64,000 nt of DNA, from assembly GCA_041486695.1 (NCBI GenBank), contig JBGPLZ010000002.1, positions 1,974 through 65,973 on the forward strand, written 5' to 3'. Positions 19,306 through 28,269 of this stretch are shown here, piece after piece (within the stretch, counting starts at the first letter, position 1; every line of letters begins with the position of its first letter). Origin of the DNA: Acidobacteriota bacterium (GTDB taxonomy: Bacteria; Acidobacteriota; Polarisedimenticolia; Gp22-AA2). The notes under the pieces were generated by a model, which worked only from the letters and a program-made list of their open reading frames with translations, was not told the DNA's origin and searched no databases. Made by a program: the position numbers and the translations under genes.

Positions 19306-19520
19306 GCAATGGGTGTCAGTTGCGCCCGGACCCGTGTTCGACGGGACGATTCACTGCGCGCGGCGAGAGAGCTGAAAAAGATATACGGCCAAATGGCGCG
19401 CCGGTCAACGGCTTTCGCGCCGTTCCTCTCGGCGTTCGCCGTCGAAGGCTCGCGGGTCGGCAGCTTGCCGAAAGGCGGTCGCTGGCGCACCCGATTTCCA
19501 CCGGCGCGCCCACAGAGTAA

Positions 19521-19600
19521 GCGCATAGGAAGTTCAAGCTGAGATTTTAGGTCCGATAAGTTCTATTCCATCAGCCTCGGGTTCGACATCGGGCGGGAGA
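19521..19600. repeat. Intergenic repeat copy B (long form)
   Basis: GCGCATAGGAAGTTCAAGCTGAGATTTTAGGTCCGATAAGTTCTATTCCATCAGCCTCGGGTTCGACATCGGGCGGGAGA. It is about 93% identical to copy C over ~75 bp. It lies between the TonB-receptor stop and the lysyl-oxidase-like start. Confidence 0.65.
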
Positions 19601-19745
19601 GGCGCGCCCCGGCGTCAGCGCTCGTCACCGACTTCTCCCAGAGATCGGCAAACCGCTTCCGGCTCGACGAGAACGCGATGAGTCCGCAGCAGCAGGGTCG
19701 GGATCATGAGATAGGCGCCCTCGACGAGGTACCGTGCGGCCACGC

Positions 19746-22073
19746 TCAGTAATTCCACCGGATCCCCGTGCGTAAGCTCCGCGTCGGCGCTGGATAACTC
19801 ATGATGGTCGGCTCGAGAGAAGGCCCCGGCGAAATCGTCGTCCGGGGGGTGATGAAACCGCTCGTCGAGTACCTCCGATCCAGGAGGTTCGCCCCGGCCA
19901 CGAACAGTTCCAGCTGTCGCCACCGATATCCCATCTGTGCGTCGAGGGTCGCGTAGGACTCAATGGCATGCTCGTTGGTGTCGTCCATGAACTGGCGTCC
20001 CACCGCCCGGAACACCACGCTCCCGAGCCAGCCCTTGCCGACACCGAACCGGAGACCGAGGCTCCCCAGGTGACGGGGAACGAAGATGATCTGCTTTCCC
20101 GGGGCCTCACCGCTTTCGTGCGTCGCGTCCTGAAGCGTGTAGTTCAGGAACCCGTCCAGCCCCGGACGGAAGTGACCGGTGAGCGACAGTTCTGCACCCC
20201 GATGCTGACTCCGGCCGATGTTGTTGAACTGGAAAGCGACCGGATCGAACTCGATCTCGTTCCGGAGTCTCATAGAGTAGACGGAGACCTGGAGATCGGC
20301 GCGCTGAGCGAAAGCCTGCCGGATGCCGATCTCGTAGTCGGTGGACTTCTGGGGCTTCAGGTCGCTGTTGGACAGACTGGCGCCGAATGGACTCCGCTCG
20401 TCGAAGAGCTGCTCCAGGGTCGGTGCGCGGAAGCCTCCGCCCGCCTGGATGAACAGGTCGCCATCCGTGCGGTAGGACCACGTCATGCCGAGCTTCGGCG
20501 ATACGGCGTTGTTGTCCGAGGCGCGCCTTCCGCCCCCGGCGACCCGTTCCGTGAACTCGTCGTCGAAGCGGTCGTACCGGGCCCCGAGGGAGAAGCCGAG
20601 CGGTCCCACGTCGGAGATCTGGTCCTGGAAATAAAGCCCGTACACCCGGCGGGAGCCGCTCCCGTCGGCGACAACCGTCCCCGGGACGCCGTCGTTCACC
20701 GACTGGTAGCGGCTGTCGAGATGACCGGCGCTGGCCTCCGCCCCGGCAAGGAGTCGGTGCTTCGCACCGTTCCACTGCACGGGATGCTCGAACCGGCCCT
20801 GGAGCCCGGTGATCCGGCCCTCCAGGGCCTGTTTCTTCACGTCGAACAGCGGCACGAGAACCCCGCCGATCTGCATCTCCAGCGGCAGCGTCAGCACTTG
20901 GTCCGAGTCCTTGCGCCGGTGGAAAAGGTCGAGGAACCATCCGGTCCCTCCGTCCAGCTGATATTGATACTTAACGCCGAACAAGTTCCGGCGCTGATCC
21001 CATCCATCGAACGGGTAGCCGGCCTGGGCGCGGTCGGTCTCGAGCTGCTGCTGGGAGAGAGGTCCCGGGGTCTCGTTCTCCAGCCAGTGGTTGAGGGTCG
21101 ATACGGTGAGGCTCGAGCGGCGACCGAGTTCGACCCGAACACGTCCGGTCAAGGAGTCACTGGACCATGCGCTCCGCGCCCGGTACCCGTCCAGCTCGCG
21201 ATGAAAGCCAGAGACGGCGTAGGTCATCCTGGAGGAGCCACCGCGGTGATCGACGCCGACCTCCTGATCTCCGAAGGAGCCGCCAGCGGAGGAGAGGGAG
21301 GTGATCGAGCCGGCACGAAGAGGCTCCGTGAGCACGTTCACCACGCCTCCCAGGCTCATGTCGCCGTAAAGCGCCGAGCCGGGACCTCGCTGGACCTCCA
21401 CCTGCCAGATCTGATCGGTGGGCAGGAGGTTCCAGTCCACGAGGGCCGAGTCGATGTCGTTCACCGGCATCCCGTCCACGAGGACGAGCAGGTAGCTGGA
21501 GAATCCTCCTCCGGTGATCCCACGGGGGTCAAGCCCGAAATCGAGTGGGTTGCCCCACGCGGTGAAGCTGTTGAGGCCAGTCATCGTGGCCAGGGCATCG
21601 GCCAGGTTGGCCGTCGGGGTCGTCGACAGGTCCCGTCGATCCAAGACCGTGACGTTGCCCGGGACATCGGACAGCCGGGTCTCGGTGCGGGTCGCGGTCA
21701 CCACCACGTACTCCCTCAGGGTGAGTATGGCGGGACGCAGCTCGACCTCTGTCTGCGGGAGGGGGATCTCCGGGCCCGAGAGCTTCCGGGTCTCGTAGCC
21801 ATCCGCCCTCACCACGAGCACCTCTCCGGGTCGCGGGGCCCGCGGCAGACGGAAGCGGCCGTCGGCATCCGTGGTGGCGGCGACACCGCCTCCTTCGATT
21901 TCGACGCGGGCCCCGCCGATCGCGACGCCCGTGACTGCGTCCATCACTCGGCCCTCGATCCCCTCCTCCTGGGTCCAAGCAGGTGGCGCGCCCCCGAGCA
22001 GGTCCGACCCGGAGGCAGCCAGGAACAGGCCGCCCGTCAACAAGCGCGCACACAAGAATTTACCCATGCACAT
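19746..22073 (-). CDS. TonB-dependent receptor with an N-terminal carboxypeptidase-regulatory-like domain
   Basis: Signal peptide. CarbopepD_reg-like segment (GRVMDAVTGVAIGGARVEIEGGGVAATTDADGRFRL). Plug and beta-barrel with a C-terminal aromatic residue (...IRWNY). I placed the start at the ATG at 22073, which has a G-rich SD (AAGGGGGG) 7 nt upstream; the track ORF extends to the GTG at 22112. Confidence 0.8.
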   Translation of the reverse strand: MCMGKFLCARLLTGGLFLAASGSDLLGGAPPAWTQEEGIEGRVMDAVTGVAIGGARVEIEGGGVAATTDADGRFRLPRAPRPGEVLVVRADGYETRKLSGPEIPLPQTEVELRPAILTLREYVVVTATRTETRLSDVPGNVTVLDRRDLSTTPTANLADALATMTGLNSFTAWGNPLDFGLDPRGITGGGFSSYLLVLVDGMPVNDIDSALVDWNLLPTDQIWQVEVQRGPGSALYGDMSLGGVVNVLTEPLRAGSITSLSSAGGSFGDQEVGVDHRGGSSRMTYAVSGFHRELDGYRARSAWSSDSLTGRVRVELGRRSSLTVSTLNHWLENETPGPLSQQQLETDRAQAGYPFDGWDQRRNLFGVKYQYQLDGGTGWFLDLFHRRKDSDQVLTLPLEMQIGGVLVPLFDVKKQALEGRITGLQGRFEHPVQWNGAKHRLLAGAEASAGHLDSRYQSVNDGVPGTVVADGSGSRRVYGLYFQDQISDVGPLGFSLGARYDRFDDEFTERVAGGGRRASDNNAVSPKLGMTWSYRTDGDLFIQAGGGFRAPTLEQLFDERSPFGASLSNSDLKPQKSTDYEIGIRQAFAQRADLQVSVYSMRLRNEIEFDPVAFQFNNIGRSQHRGAELSLTGHFRPGLDGFLNYTLQDATHESGEAPGKQIIFVPRHLGSLGLRFGVGKGWLGSVVFRAVGRQFMDDTNEHAIESYATLDAQMGYRWRQLELFVAGANLLDRRYSTSGFITPRTTISPGPSLEPTIMSYPAPTRSLRTGIRWNY

Positions 22074-22128
22074 CAGCCTACCCCCCTTTCTTCCGCCGGC
22101 CCCTCGATCCACCCAGGGCTGACGCGCG

Positions 22129-22230
22129 GGCGCATAGGAAGTTCAAGCTGAGATTTTAGGTCCGATAAGGGCTATTCCGTCAGCCTCGAGTGCGACATCG
22201 GGCGGGGGACCGGGTTGCGGCCCGATGTAG
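22129..22230. repeat. Intergenic repeat copy C (long form) with an embedded stem-loop
   Basis: GCGCATAGGAAGTTCAAGCTGAGATTTTAGGTCCGATAAGGGCTATTCCGTCAGCCTCGAGTGCGACATCGGGCGGGGGACCGGGTTGCGGCCCGATG. The perfect inverted repeat CATCGGGC...GCCCGATG is a 8-9-bp stem around a 16-nt loop. It lies 56 nt upstream of the TonB-receptor start. Confidence 0.65.
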
Positions 22231-22305
22231 TACAGACCTGTGGGACCCGGATCAAAAAAATCGGGCACTTGGCCGCCATCCGACCCCTTAAACGCGCAAG
22301 TTCGG

Positions 22306-24597
22306 CTAATGGCTCGTCGGCGACTGCCCGGAGACGATCCAGAGCGCCGCGGGTAGCGCGGTCAGGCTCGCAACCATCGACAGCACGAAGGCGCTGGCGG
22401 CGACGATGCCGAACTGGCGCATCGGCGGCAGCCCCGACAGCGCCAGAGCCAGAAACCCGGCGGCGTTGATCAGCGTTGCGAACAGGATGCCGCGCCCGGC
22501 GATCTGCAAGGCGTGCCGGAGCGCCTGGGCGGTGTTGCCGCGGCCCCGCGCCTCCTGATAGTGATAGAAGAAATGGATCTGGTCGTTCTCGGAAGCTCCG
22601 AGGACGGTCGAGCCGATCAGGATCGTCGCCACGTTGAGCGGGATTCCGCACAGGCGCATCACCAGGAACATCACCAGGATCGCGAACACCGATGGGATCA
22701 TCGCCAGCAGGCGCGCCGCCCCGCTGCGGAAGACCAGGACGAAGGCGGTGAAGATGATCGCCACGGTGAGGGCGAAGCTCTCGGTCAAGGTCGGCACGAG
22801 ATACTCGGCGATCTTCGCCTGCAGCAACCCCTGGCCGACGATCTCCATCCGGCAGCGGCGAAGCGCCGGCACGCGGGCCGCCGCCTCGTCCCAGCGCTCG
22901 CGCAGGAACCGCCGCAGATCGGCGATCTCCGGGAAGGCGCCCCCGCGATGGATCACCGTGAGGCGGGCGTGCGCCAGCGTCCCCACGTCCACGTGGGCGC
23001 GGGCGGACGGCTCACTGAGCAGGATCTGCTCGAGCCGCGCCGCCAGAGCCGGCCAGGCCCCGGGCGCCTCGGGAAGGCGATCGCCCTCGCCCGCGAGGTA
23101 GCGCATGAAACGCAGGATCGTGGTGGGGCCCTGGACCGAGCCAACCCTGGGGTCGCGCTCGAGCAGTCCCGCGAATGTCTCGAGGCCGCGGAGCACCTCC
23201 GGGTCGAGCACCGCCCCCGCCGGCGTCTCCACGCTGACGTGTACGACGCTCAGCCCCGCGATGGCGCGCTCGAAGTGGCGCGTGTCCTTGTAGAGCGGCA
23301 GGTCCCGGTCGATGTAATCCAGCGTGTCGGTCAACAGGCTCATCGGCGCGAGTCGGCCGGGGACCCCCGTGAGCGCGACGAGGCCGGCGATCATAAGCAG
23401 GGCCGTGAGCGGCAGGATCACGAATCGAAAGCGGTACGAAAAGGATGGGAGCGCGTCGATCAGCCGGCGCAGGCTCGGCCCGGGGCCGTCCCGGGCGCCC
23501 CGCATCGGGGTCTTTAGTATGCGCTGGAGGGCCGGGAACAGGGTGAAGGTGACGACGAACGTCAACCCGAGCCCCGCCGCGACGCAGAGTCCCATCTCGC
23601 GGATCGGGCGGATCCCCGACACCGCGAGGGCGGCGAAGCCGGTGGCCGCCGCGAAGATCGACACAGCGGTGGCCACGAACTTGTTGGCCAGTGTGAACAG
23701 CTGATGCGCCTCGAAGGACGCCCCGTCGGGGTTCTCGGTGAAGCGCGACTGGATGTAGACGAGGGAGGCCGTGGCCGTGACCAGGATCGTGAGAGGGACG
23801 AGCGAGGAGACGATCGTGAAAGTGAAGCCCGCCGTAGACGCGAAGCCCACGGTGAGCGCGACGCAGACGGCGAGCGTCGCGAGGAAGGCGAGGAGAGTCC
23901 TGGCCGAGCGATAGAGCGCCAGATTGACCGCGATCACGAACAGAGCGAACAGGGGAAACGAGATCGCCGAAGCCCGGGCGGTCTCGCGCTCGAGATAGGC
24001 GTCGACGTACGGACCGCCGACGCGACGGATCGCCGTCAGGGGGGCCGGCGCCGCCTCGAAGGGAGCGAGCGCCAGGTCGATCGCCGCCAGGGTGTCGTTG
24101 CGGTCGTGAGAATTGTTCACCTGAAGCTCGAGGGCGATGCCGAGGAAGTCGGGGCCGACCAGGCCCTGCCGGCGGAGCAGATCGGTGCCGGAGGCGAAGC
24201 GGCGGAACGCCTCCGCCCGCGTTGCAGGGTCTCCTGCCTCCCGGCGCGCGCGGTCGAAGAGGGTCAGGGCCGTGAAGACCTGGAGCCGCGGCACCTTTCC
24301 CAGGCTCCGTTCGATGGCGGCGACTCGTTCGAGAACGGCGGGGGAGAACGGGTCGCTCACCTCGGCGAGCAGGATCGCCTGCGAACCCTCGGGGAACAGT
24401 TTCTGGAAGGCCCGCGTGTTCCGGGCGTCGGGGTCGCTCTCGACGATCAATCGGTCGATCGAGCTGTCGCTTTCGACCCGCAGCGCCAGGACGATCGCCA
24501 GCGGCAGCAGGAGCCCATACCCCGCGACGATCCACCATCGCCTCGCGAGGAGGGCGCGGAAGAACGCCTGCAGCCGGGGCGCCTCGGTACGGTCCAT
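22306..24597 (-). CDS. MMPL-family RND-superfamily membrane transporter (HpnN-like exporter)
   Basis: 763 aa. An N-terminal TM helix is followed by a periplasmic domain, then two blocks of ~5-6 TM helices, as in MMPL/HpnN proteins. Confidence 0.65.
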   Translation of the reverse strand: MDRTEAPRLQAFFRALLARRWWIVAGYGLLLPLAIVLALRVESDSSIDRLIVESDPDARNTRAFQKLFPEGSQAILLAEVSDPFSPAVLERVAAIERSLGKVPRLQVFTALTLFDRARREAGDPATRAEAFRRFASGTDLLRRQGLVGPDFLGIALELQVNNSHDRNDTLAAIDLALAPFEAAPAPLTAIRRVGGPYVDAYLERETARASAISFPLFALFVIAVNLALYRSARTLLAFLATLAVCVALTVGFASTAGFTFTIVSSLVPLTILVTATASLVYIQSRFTENPDGASFEAHQLFTLANKFVATAVSIFAAATGFAALAVSGIRPIREMGLCVAAGLGLTFVVTFTLFPALQRILKTPMRGARDGPGPSLRRLIDALPSFSYRFRFVILPLTALLMIAGLVALTGVPGRLAPMSLLTDTLDYIDRDLPLYKDTRHFERAIAGLSVVHVSVETPAGAVLDPEVLRGLETFAGLLERDPRVGSVQGPTTILRFMRYLAGEGDRLPEAPGAWPALAARLEQILLSEPSARAHVDVGTLAHARLTVIHRGGAFPEIADLRRFLRERWDEAAARVPALRRCRMEIVGQGLLQAKIAEYLVPTLTESFALTVAIIFTAFVLVFRSGAARLLAMIPSVFAILVMFLVMRLCGIPLNVATILIGSTVLGASENDQIHFFYHYQEARGRGNTAQALRHALQIAGRGILFATLINAAGFLALALSGLPPMRQFGIVAASAFVLSMVASLTALPAALWIVSGQSPTSH

Positions 24598-24706
24598 GAG
24601 GGCCCTAGATTACCGTAACTCGCACGAGAAGATGTCACGCCGCGGCCCGCGCGTCGGGATGACGCCGCGCCTTGCGCGTCCCGTCCGGTTCGGGCAAGAT
24701 GCGCCC

Positions 24707-25546
24707 ATGGACACCGACGTGCGTAGAGGCCCGGGCATCGGCATCCGCCTGCGCGCGGCCACATCCGAACAGCGGCCGATCGTCTTCCGCGAGGCGTACG
24801 AGTCCGCTCTGCGGGAGATCCTGGAGCGCAGCCCGCGCGATCCGCAGACCCTGCAGATGGGCACCAACGAGAAATTCGGCCGCTTCGTGCGCGGCACGAT
24901 CGGCCGCGGCAAGGAGGTGCTCGAGATCGGCTGCGGCTTCGGCGCCAACGCTCTTCAAGTAGCTTCGGCCGGCAACCGGGTGATCGGCATCGATGCGGCG
25001 CCGATCGCGGCAGAAGTCGCCAACGGCTTCGCGGCGGAGGTCGCCGGCAGTCGGGCGCCGGGACGGGGCGAGGCGCGCTTCGTCGCCATGGATGCGGCGC
25101 GGCTCGAGTTCCCCGATGCTGTTTTCGATGCCGCCTACAGCATCGACCTGCTCGAGCACCTGCATCCCGACGACGTTCCGTCCCATCTGCGCGAGGTCCA
25201 CAGGGTGCTCCGGCCACGCGGCATCTACATCATCAAGACCCCGAGCGAGCTGAGCGGACCGCACGGCGGCTCCGACCCGAACGACCCCGGCTGCGCCCAC
25301 CTGCGCGAATATTCGTACGGCTCGCTCCTGCCGCTTTTGCGTGACGCTGGGTTCCGCCGCCTCGCGGCGCCCTCCTTCAGCATGCGGATCGCCTCGCGGC
25401 TGCCGGGGCGATCCCGCCTGCCGGCCCGGATCAACCTGCTTCCGGAGGCGCTGGCGCGCCTGGCGGCGCCGCGCAGCCAGCTGCAAGTGAGGATCGCGCG
25501 CTCCCTCGGCGTCAAGCAGATCCTCGTGGTGGCGAAAAAGCGCTAG
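24707..25546 (+). CDS. Class I SAM-dependent methyltransferase
   Basis: SAM-binding motif I VLEIGCGFGANAL. Motif II/post-I region RFVAMDAARLEFPDAVFDAAYSIDLLEHL. Motif III LRPRGIYIIKTP. Start is the first in-frame ATG after the long spurious upstream extension of the ORF track. Confidence 0.7.
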   Translation: MDTDVRRGPGIGIRLRAATSEQRPIVFREAYESALREILERSPRDPQTLQMGTNEKFGRFVRGTIGRGKEVLEIGCGFGANALQVASAGNRVIGIDAAPIAAEVANGFAAEVAGSRAPGRGEARFVAMDAARLEFPDAVFDAAYSIDLLEHLHPDDVPSHLREVHRVLRPRGIYIIKTPSELSGPHGGSDPNDPGCAHLREYSYGSLLPLLRDAGFRRLAAPSFSMRIASRLPGRSRLPARINLLPEALARLAAPRSQLQVRIARSLGVKQILVVAKKR

Positions 25547-25557
25547 TCGGAGACAGA

Positions 25558-28269
25558 ATGGGACGGAACGGCCCGCCGGTGAACCTTCTGCCACATATCG
25601 ATCGTCTCCTCCGTTACGCCGGGCGCGACGCCTACCGCTGGAGGGACGGCGTCCGCTGGCGCTCCCGCACCTACGCCGAGCTGCACGCGCGCACTCTCGC
25701 CGCGGCCTCCCTCCTGGCGCGGTCGGGGCTGAAGCCCGGCGGCACCGTGCTCATCCAGGGGCCCGATCATCCCGACTGGGTCGAGGCGCTGCTCGGCACG
25801 CTGCGCGCCGGGGGCGTGGCGGTGCCGCTCGAGGCCGCGACCCCGCCGGAGCTCCGATCCAAGGTGGCGCGGCTGTCGGAGGCGCGCCTGCTCATCGCGC
25901 CGCCCGATCTGGAGCCGCCCGCCGGCTGCCGCCGGATCGACTTCGGAACGTGGGGGGAGACGGGCGCCGCGCCGCCGCGGGCCGAGATCGAGGCGGCTCC
26001 CGGCGATCGCGCCCTGGTGGTGTTCACTTCGGGCACGACGGGCGAGCCGAAGGGCGTGGTCCTGACCCACGATAATCTGGCTTCCGACTTCGCGCCGATC
26101 ATGCGTGGCTTCGACCGGCGCGAGGCGTTCATCCGGCCGCTCGGATCGTTGCCCATGATCTCGACCCTGCCGCTGTCGCACATGTTCGGCCAGGCCCTGA
26201 ACATCTTCCTCGGCCTGCACATGGGGGTGACGATCGTCCTCGTCCCGCCGCGGCCGCGGGAGATCCTGCAGGCGGCGCGGCGTCAGAAGGCCTGGGGGCT
26301 GTTCACCGTCCCCAGGGTGCTCGACCTTCTCATGGCGGAGGTCCGGCGGCTGCTCCGGGAACAGGGCGTCCTCGAGTCCCTCGAAAACCGGCAACGGCGA
26401 TTCGAGCGCTGGCCTTTCCCGCTCCAGGCGATCATCTTCTGGAGGGTGCAGCGCCTGCTCGGCTGGCGCTTCCGGTTCATCGTCTCGGGCGGCGCCGCGC
26501 TTCCGGAAGAGGTGCAGCAGTTCTGGCAGCGGCTCGGCACTCTGGTCACGCAGGGGTATGGCCTGACCGAAACCGCGCCGATCGTGACTCTCGCAAACCC
26601 GTTCGAGCGGCGGCTCGGCATCGTCGGCCGCGCGCTGGGCGGCCAGGAGGTGAAGCTCGGCCCGGACGGCGAGGTGCTGGTGCGCGGTCGGAACGTCACC
26701 CCTGGATACCTCGGCGCCGCGCAGCAGAGCGGGGACTGGCTGCACACCGGCGACGTGGGCGAGCTCGACGCGAAGGGGAGGCTGCGGATCCGCGGCCGCC
26801 TCAAGGATGTCATCGTCACGCCGGAAGGGGAGAACGTCCACCCGGCCGACGTCGAGGCTGCCTTTCAGGGGATCGCCGGAGTGCGCGAGGTCGCGGTCCT
26901 CGGGCTTCCCGGAGGCAACGGTGAGCGGGTGCACGCGGTTCTCCTCCTGGAGGGAGGGGCCGCGGCCGAGGAGGTCGTGCGCCGCGCCAACGAGAAGGTG
27001 CTGCCCCGGCAGCGCGTGCGCGACTTCACCGTCTGGCCCGGCCAGGACCTGCCGCGGACGCCGACCGGCAAAGTGCGCAAAGGGATCGTGCGCGATCGGA
27101 TTCTGGCGCTGCAGCAGGAGGCCGGCCCCGGAGCGCCGGCGCGCGCGGCCGAGGCGGGGAGCATGCGGCGCCTCCTGGCGCGCGTGGCGCGGGTGCGGCC
27201 CGACCGGCTGAAGGAGACGACCCTGCTCGTCGAGGGTCTCGGCATGGCGAGCCTCGACCTGGTCGAGCTGACCGTGGCGGTCGAGGAGGAGTTCGGCGTC
27301 AGCCTTCCCGAGGACCGCCTCGCCGACGCGACGGTCGGCGATTTGGAGCGGTTGGTGCGCGATCTGTCCTCGAGCGAGAGGGCCCCGGCGGCGAAGGCCG
27401 CGCCGGCTCCGGCCACGCCCGCCGCGGCCGCGGAGAGCGCGCCGCCGCCGGCCGCCGCCGGACCCGTGCCTGCCGTCGCCCCAATCGCGCCTGTCGATGA
27501 GCCCGGCCCGGCCCGCCCGACGGGGCGCGGCTCCCTGCGGATGCCGCGATGGGCGCAGCGGGTGCCGGTGAGGCTGCTCCGACGTTTGCTGGAGGAGATC
27601 CTCTATCGTCCCGTGGTGTTCCTCTACGGTCGGCCGGAGGTCGTCGGCCTCGAGCATCTCGGGACGATGCGGCCGCCCTTTCTCTTCGTCGCCAACCATC
27701 GCGGCTATTTCGACACCGGACTGTTCAAGGCGCTCCTCCCGCTGCCGCTGCGCGGCCGGATCGCGCCCGGGATGACGACGCGCTACCACCGCGTCTTCTT
27801 CGGGCAGACCGCGGGGAGCCTGGCGCGCTACGCCAAGGAATGGCTCCAGGTGCGGCTCGTCGAATTCCTGTTCGGCGCCTGGCCCCTTCCGGAGACCGCC
27901 GGGTTCCGTGACAGCCTCTCCTACGCCGGCGAGCTGGCGGACGCCGGGAATTCGCTGTTGATTTTCCCGGAGGGGCGGCACGTGCCGGAGGGGACGCTGC
28001 AGCCCTTCCGTCAGGGGATCGGAATCTTCGCGCGCGATCTGCGGGCGCCGGTGATCCCGGCCTACGTCGAAGGGACCGCCGAGGTCTTCCCCGACGACGC
28101 CTGGTGGGCCAGCTTCGGGAGGACGCGCCTGACGCTCGGGGCACCTCTCCTCATCGAGCCCTACGCCGACCCGGCCGAGGCGACGCGCCTCATCGAGGCC
28201 GCCGTGCGTGCGCTCGAGACCGCCTCGAGGCCACCCACCGGCCGGGGCGCACAGCGCGGCCGGGCATGA
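25558..28269 (+). CDS. Tri-domain fusion: AMP-dependent acyl-CoA/acyl-ACP synthetase, acyl-carrier-protein domain, and lysophospholipid (PlsC/LPLAT-type) acyltransferase
   Basis: AMP-binding motif I VVFTSGTTGEPKGVVLTHDN. ACP-like phosphopantetheine site region EGLGMASLDLVELTVAVEEEFG after a Pro/Ala linker. LPLAT HX4D motif FVANHRGYFD and FPEGRH motif. 903 aa. Confidence 0.75.
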   Translation: MGRNGPPVNLLPHIDRLLRYAGRDAYRWRDGVRWRSRTYAELHARTLAAASLLARSGLKPGGTVLIQGPDHPDWVEALLGTLRAGGVAVPLEAATPPELRSKVARLSEARLLIAPPDLEPPAGCRRIDFGTWGETGAAPPRAEIEAAPGDRALVVFTSGTTGEPKGVVLTHDNLASDFAPIMRGFDRREAFIRPLGSLPMISTLPLSHMFGQALNIFLGLHMGVTIVLVPPRPREILQAARRQKAWGLFTVPRVLDLLMAEVRRLLREQGVLESLENRQRRFERWPFPLQAIIFWRVQRLLGWRFRFIVSGGAALPEEVQQFWQRLGTLVTQGYGLTETAPIVTLANPFERRLGIVGRALGGQEVKLGPDGEVLVRGRNVTPGYLGAAQQSGDWLHTGDVGELDAKGRLRIRGRLKDVIVTPEGENVHPADVEAAFQGIAGVREVAVLGLPGGNGERVHAVLLLEGGAAAEEVVRRANEKVLPRQRVRDFTVWPGQDLPRTPTGKVRKGIVRDRILALQQEAGPGAPARAAEAGSMRRLLARVARVRPDRLKETTLLVEGLGMASLDLVELTVAVEEEFGVSLPEDRLADATVGDLERLVRDLSSSERAPAAKAAPAPATPAAAAESAPPPAAAGPVPAVAPIAPVDEPGPARPTGRGSLRMPRWAQRVPVRLLRRLLEEILYRPVVFLYGRPEVVGLEHLGTMRPPFLFVANHRGYFDTGLFKALLPLPLRGRIAPGMTTRYHRVFFGQTAGSLARYAKEWLQVRLVEFLFGAWPLPETAGFRDSLSYAGELADAGNSLLIFPEGRHVPEGTLQPFRQGIGIFARDLRAPVIPAYVEGTAEVFPDDAWWASFGRTRLTLGAPLLIEPYADPAEATRLIEAAVRALETASRPPTGRGAQRGRA

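Noticed and set aside
19968-22151. 727-aa + strand ORF opposite the TonB-dependent receptor
   Set aside because: The minus strand encodes a recognisable TonB-dependent receptor with plug, barrel and C-terminal aromatic residue. The + frame is low-complexity.
22200-22306. Possible Rho-independent terminator (CCCGGATCAAAAAAATCGGG) downstream of the MMPL gene
   Set aside because: The stem is short and imperfect, and the T-run on the transcribed strand falls inside rather than after the stem. I was not confident enough to call it.
24137-24706. Upstream extension of the methyltransferase ORF overlapping the MMPL gene
   Set aside because: The region is occupied by the antisense-strand MMPL transporter. 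The extension is Arg/Ser-rich with no domain. The methyltransferase fold begins after the ATG at 24707.
25543-27981. 812-aa ORF antisense to the acyl-ligase/ACP/acyltransferase gene
   Set aside because: The + strand carries AMP-binding, ACP and HX4D motifs. The antisense frame is Arg/Gly/Pro-rich.
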